Under the pieces are notes generated by a model that was not told the origin of the DNA, made no database searches, and was given only the letters and a program-made list of their open reading frames with translations. Shown here piece after piece: positions 57,901 through 60,145 of a stretch of DNA of 60,145 nucleotides. Origin of the DNA: Betaproteobacteria bacterium (GTDB taxonomy: Bacteria > Pseudomonadota > Gammaproteobacteria > Burkholderiales > SG8-39). The stretch spans positions 1 through 60,145 of the forward strand of contig CANIIA010000006.1 in assembly GCA_947467435.1 (NCBI GenBank). Reading direction: 5' to 3'. Positions within the stretch are counted from its first letter, which is position 1; the number at the start of each line of letters is the position of its first letter. The position numbers and the translations under genes were made by a program.

Positions 57901-60145
57901 GTTGGCGTCTCGTTTGTAGTTTTGTTCATTCCAGACGACGGCTTGTTGTTCGCCTGTTTTTACTGTGCCCAAATTGATTTGTTGGCCCGCAGCGATAGCC
58001 GTGGTACCAGGTCCCTGATTAGCGACCTCGGCAGCGGTGAGATTGGCATTACGGCCAGCATATGCAATGAGCGTGCCCGTGCCACCGCTCACATACAAGC
58101 CGGCGACACGATCGAGATTGGTGCGGCTGCCTTGGCTCGAGGTTTGCGTGTTGGTCGTGGTGGTCACATTTAGATCACGACCCGCACTCAGCGCCAATTG
58201 ATTGGTGGCTCCAATCGTGCCACCCACATTATTGATGTCGTTTCGTGCAGTGACTCCAACATCAGCGCCAGTGATACGACCACCAAGGTTTTGAATATTT
58301 TCAGCGGTCAATGCAACTACATTCCGGCCTGCGATGGTGCCTTGGTTAGTGAGATCGCCGCTCAAGTTAAGGCGTACGGAATCACCCGAAATTAACGCGC
58401 CATTATTTTGTAAATCACCCGCACGCACCATGACATAGAGTTGCGGCACCAAGGCTTTGGTGGTGCTGCCATTAGCCAGCGTGATGTCTTTTTCAACGAG
58501 CCAAACAATATCACTCGTCAGTTGCGCCATTTGCGCCGCACTTAAAGAAACGCCCGGGATAAGGTTGTTTTTTTGCGCAAAGCTCACGCCGTTATTCATG
58601 AGCGCCGCATATTGCACCTCATCGTCGGCATAGCCGTTGAGAAACCGTCTACCCGTCAGTGCGGCGATTTGATCGCGCACGAGCTTTTGTTCATAAAAGC
58701 CATCGCCTATACGTTTTTGTGTTGCTGCCGAGTTAAACGAAAGGGCATTCAGTAGATAGTCAGAGGAAAGCCAGTTGCGGTAGTTGGCAAATGCCGGATC
58801 CGTTTCAACGATATAGGGCTTAGTGGGATTGGGGTTTTGATGAAATAAACCGCTGTCTGGAATGACGATCTTGCCAAAATCAACGCTGCCGACATTACCG
58901 CCGGTGTCTTTAGTTGAGATGACTTGAATCTTTGTGCCCGTGCCTTGTGGGCGGGTGTTTTGTTGGTAACTCAACGCCCCCAACGAAATAGTCTCCTCAA
59001 CAGGCGCTGGTTGATAGTAGGATGACTGGATTTCTGTATAGTCGTTATCTCTTCCTGGAGGTTGATGAGCGATGTAGTGATAAAGCGTCCCGTTATCAAG
59101 CGTGATGCGCTGACCGGTACCAGCGTTGTTGATCAGGCTGCCAATTTCCCCTGTAATTGCGCCCCCCGCAATGATTTTGCTTTTATCGTTGTTTAGCGTG
59201 TCAGCCGTAATACGCATCCCACCACCAGATTGGATGGCGGCTGGATCTGTTGTATCAATCTGTGTTTCAGTGATTTTTCTGTTGTAGTCATAGCGAAAGC
59301 TATTTTCGTAGGCCGACCCGTGAATCACCCATTGATAATAGCTGTCACGTTCGATCTTAGTGTACGCGTCGGGAAACCGCTGGCTTGCGCCTTCGCCCTG
59401 AAATTCCTGGATCCATTGGTCATAAATCAGCACCGTTTTGGTTTTAAAGTGCTCATTGGTGTTATTGATCACCTTGGCGCTGAGTTCAAGATCGCCTAAC
59501 GCTTCGATGGTGGCGCTCGCGTTATTGAGCTGCTTTGCCTGTCCCATGGCGCGATAGTTTGAATCGAGCGCGCCACCGAGGCTCATCGACCCACCGCTAA
59601 ACAGCAAGGCATGTTCGCGGTTATCGATCGTCTCCGCGCCGATGTCTAAGCGATCACGGGCGCCAATCACTGGCGCCAATCCATTTTCTGGTGCATTCAC
59701 CACGGCCTTTGCACTCAGGGCGACGTGGTTGCCGTAAATACGACCGGTCCCTAAGTTATCGATACCCTGTGCTTTGATGAACGTATCGGTGGCATCAAAT
59801 AAACCGCGGTTGATGACACGCGCGGTGCTGTCAAATAACAAGCGTTGATTGGCCTCAATTGCACTCCCGCTGCTTTGTACAAAATCTTTGGTCAAATAAA
59901 TATCGATATCGCCTGGGCTGGTGATGTGGCCGTCACCGGTCAAGCTTGCGCCCTGCAACACAACCGATCGATCCGCGCGCACTAGGCCTGTTGTGTTGGT
60001 TATTTTTTCACTGCTATTGAGGGAGACCTTCTCATCGGCGCTGACCAATCCGCGCGTGTTATCGATCAACCGTGCGTTTAATTGGACATTTTTCGCTGCA
60101 ATCCCCAGTGTGTCGGCATGGGTGTCGGCGTTTATGATTTGATCA
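54946..60145 (-). CDS. CdiA/filamentous haemagglutinin-type TpsA toxin, 3' part (5' beyond window), lipase-like C-terminal domain
   Basis: FHA-1 repeats, YP domain (ETDPAFANY...LSSDY, RIGDGFYEQKL), FHA-2 repeats (AGRD), CT with LHSRGG/NDPV/HSCY; frame open to window end. Confidence 0.9.
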   Translation of the reverse strand, partial: DQIINADTHADTLGIAAKNVQLNARLIDNTRGLVSADEKVSLNSSEKITNTTGLVRADRSVVLQGASLTGDGHITSPGDIDIYLTKDFVQSSGSAIEANQRLLFDSTARVINRGLFDATDTFIKAQGIDNLGTGRIYGNHVALSAKAVVNAPENGLAPVIGARDRLDIGAETIDNREHALLFSGGSMSLGGALDSNYRAMGQAKQLNNASATIEALGDLELSAKVINNTNEHFKTKTVLIYDQWIQEFQGEGASQRFPDAYTKIERDSYYQWVIHGSAYENSFRYDYNRKITETQIDTTDPAAIQSGGGMRITADTLNNDKSKIIAGGAITGEIGSLINNAGTGQRITLDNGTLYHYIAHQPPGRDNDYTEIQSSYYQPAPVEETISLGALSYQQNTRPQGTGTKIQVISTKDTGGNVGSVDFGKIVIPDSGLFHQNPNPTKPYIVETDPAFANYRNWLSSDYLLNALSFNSAATQKRIGDGFYEQKLVRDQIAALTGRRFLNGYADDEVQYAALMNNGVSFAQKNNLIPGVSLSAAQMAQLTSDIVWLVEKDITLANGSTTKALVPQLYVMVRAGDLQNNGALISGDSVRLNLSGDLTNQGTIAGRNVVALTAENIQNLGGRITGADVGVTARNDINNVGGTIGATNQLALSAGRDLNVTTTTNTQTSSQGSRTNLDRVAGLYVSGGTGTLIAYAGRNANLTAAEVANQGPGTTAIAAGQQINLGTVKTGEQQAVVWNEQNYKRDANSTETGSRIQTTGALQLSAGVDLNARAAEITSAQGAVNLSAGRDVNLVSGVSETSLDHASRSVSSGSWWSSKEVVARNTQSQENAIASSVSGDRVNISAGRDVQITGSQVVSSAGTAITAARDVNVTAATTNFSESHQRDEKKSGLLHSGGVNITIGTQQSGTNTQATGQRATGSVIGSLEGDVTITAGEKLRQIGSQVIAPQGNVAFSGQSVQILEARETMRTQTDSYTSQSGLTIGANNAVLTAAQTVSQMSSAADHTKSDRMKALALAASGIAVATAAEQVVKNPEQMGGVSLSVSVGSSRSDNQSVQTIDRAVGSSVNAGENVSIRAAGAGAESNVTIQGSTVNAGNTIKLQADNAVQLLAAQNTSDQTSKGSSSSSSLGVSVSTFTKPAASITLSQSKGTTAGTANDVTYTNTNLEAGNTLQMTSGGDTQLRGAVAGAQRVEVNVGGNLQIESLQETSTSRETSRTAGASVSLNAGPGSPVGGSLSMGRTNVDSNYQSVVEQTALRAGDAGFAVNVKGNTGLAGGAITSSDRAVDEGKNSLTTGTLTASDLQNSARASATSSGITLNASLLTDPGNYSAAKAIIGNALNNASESSNATGHTLATISQASVTITDEASQQQRTGKTGAQTVAGINTDANAAQVAVQRQDAEALKRQVEADRAITNQAVQAITTLTDEAFRVMFKENPKFYKVQCPPGEDCTKNPELGKPVLMTGTPEEIRNQIAQAEAGAVLAVNGIFNPLERAAQLAMQNAVIEQVDSTAQNGKPLSKENKPTTIYLMHYEPASNFISELMVGAYETSLAKTLGYTNQDKAYAEALAARGDAATVSQLHSRGGPVGMNAYNILSNQGLSNPNLIAKADGIPVGGKEFTDAAERVIKDQVLFEKNSQFSYFANDPVSVGIGGNPGVLTLKDFWNVLSTINSMHSCYGTGQTGCRQVQVLSPNAPEGAVQDNSTLIYYRNGRYENAKQQPVDSRGRLLDPQQ

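Noticed and set aside
55351-60142. Many plus-strand short ORFs opposite the toxin gene
   Set aside because: Antisense shadows of the repeat-rich TpsA gene.

Overview
A betaproteobacterial-type chromosomal window with four blocks. (1) Housekeeping genes: mltB fragment, nlpD-pcm-surE, an enoyl-CoA hydratase, tRNA-Val-thrS-infC-rpmI-rplT-pheST-ihfA-merR-tRNA-Pro and relA. (2) A visibly AT-richer ~18.5 kb MSHA-type type IV pilus locus beside tRNA-Pro. It has a permuted gene order, four major-pilin-like genes, a PglL-like O-oligosaccharyltransferase and a short MshQ-like adhesin. (3) An ~18.5 kb phosphate-starvation cluster: sixA, ppx, phoU, ppk1, arsC plus aquaporin, olsB, dgkA, two GT4 glycosyltransferase genes, a PAP2 gene broken by a Trp-to-TGA stop, psd, a membrane-anchored class III aminotransferase, an Mpo1-like protein, phoX, plcP and btaBA. 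Six promoters in it carry 11-bp-period Pho-box arrays at a fixed distance from a -10 element. (4) The 3' part of a CdiA/FHA-type two-partner toxin gene with a lipase-like C-terminus, a lipoprotein immunity candidate, and a 64-aa lipoprotein that copies the toxin's C-terminal peptide. The two best candidates for undescribed biology are the psd/aminotransferase/Mpo1-like triad inside the P-free lipid locus and the toxin-mimic micro-lipoprotein. All calls come from reading motifs by eye; no searches were run.
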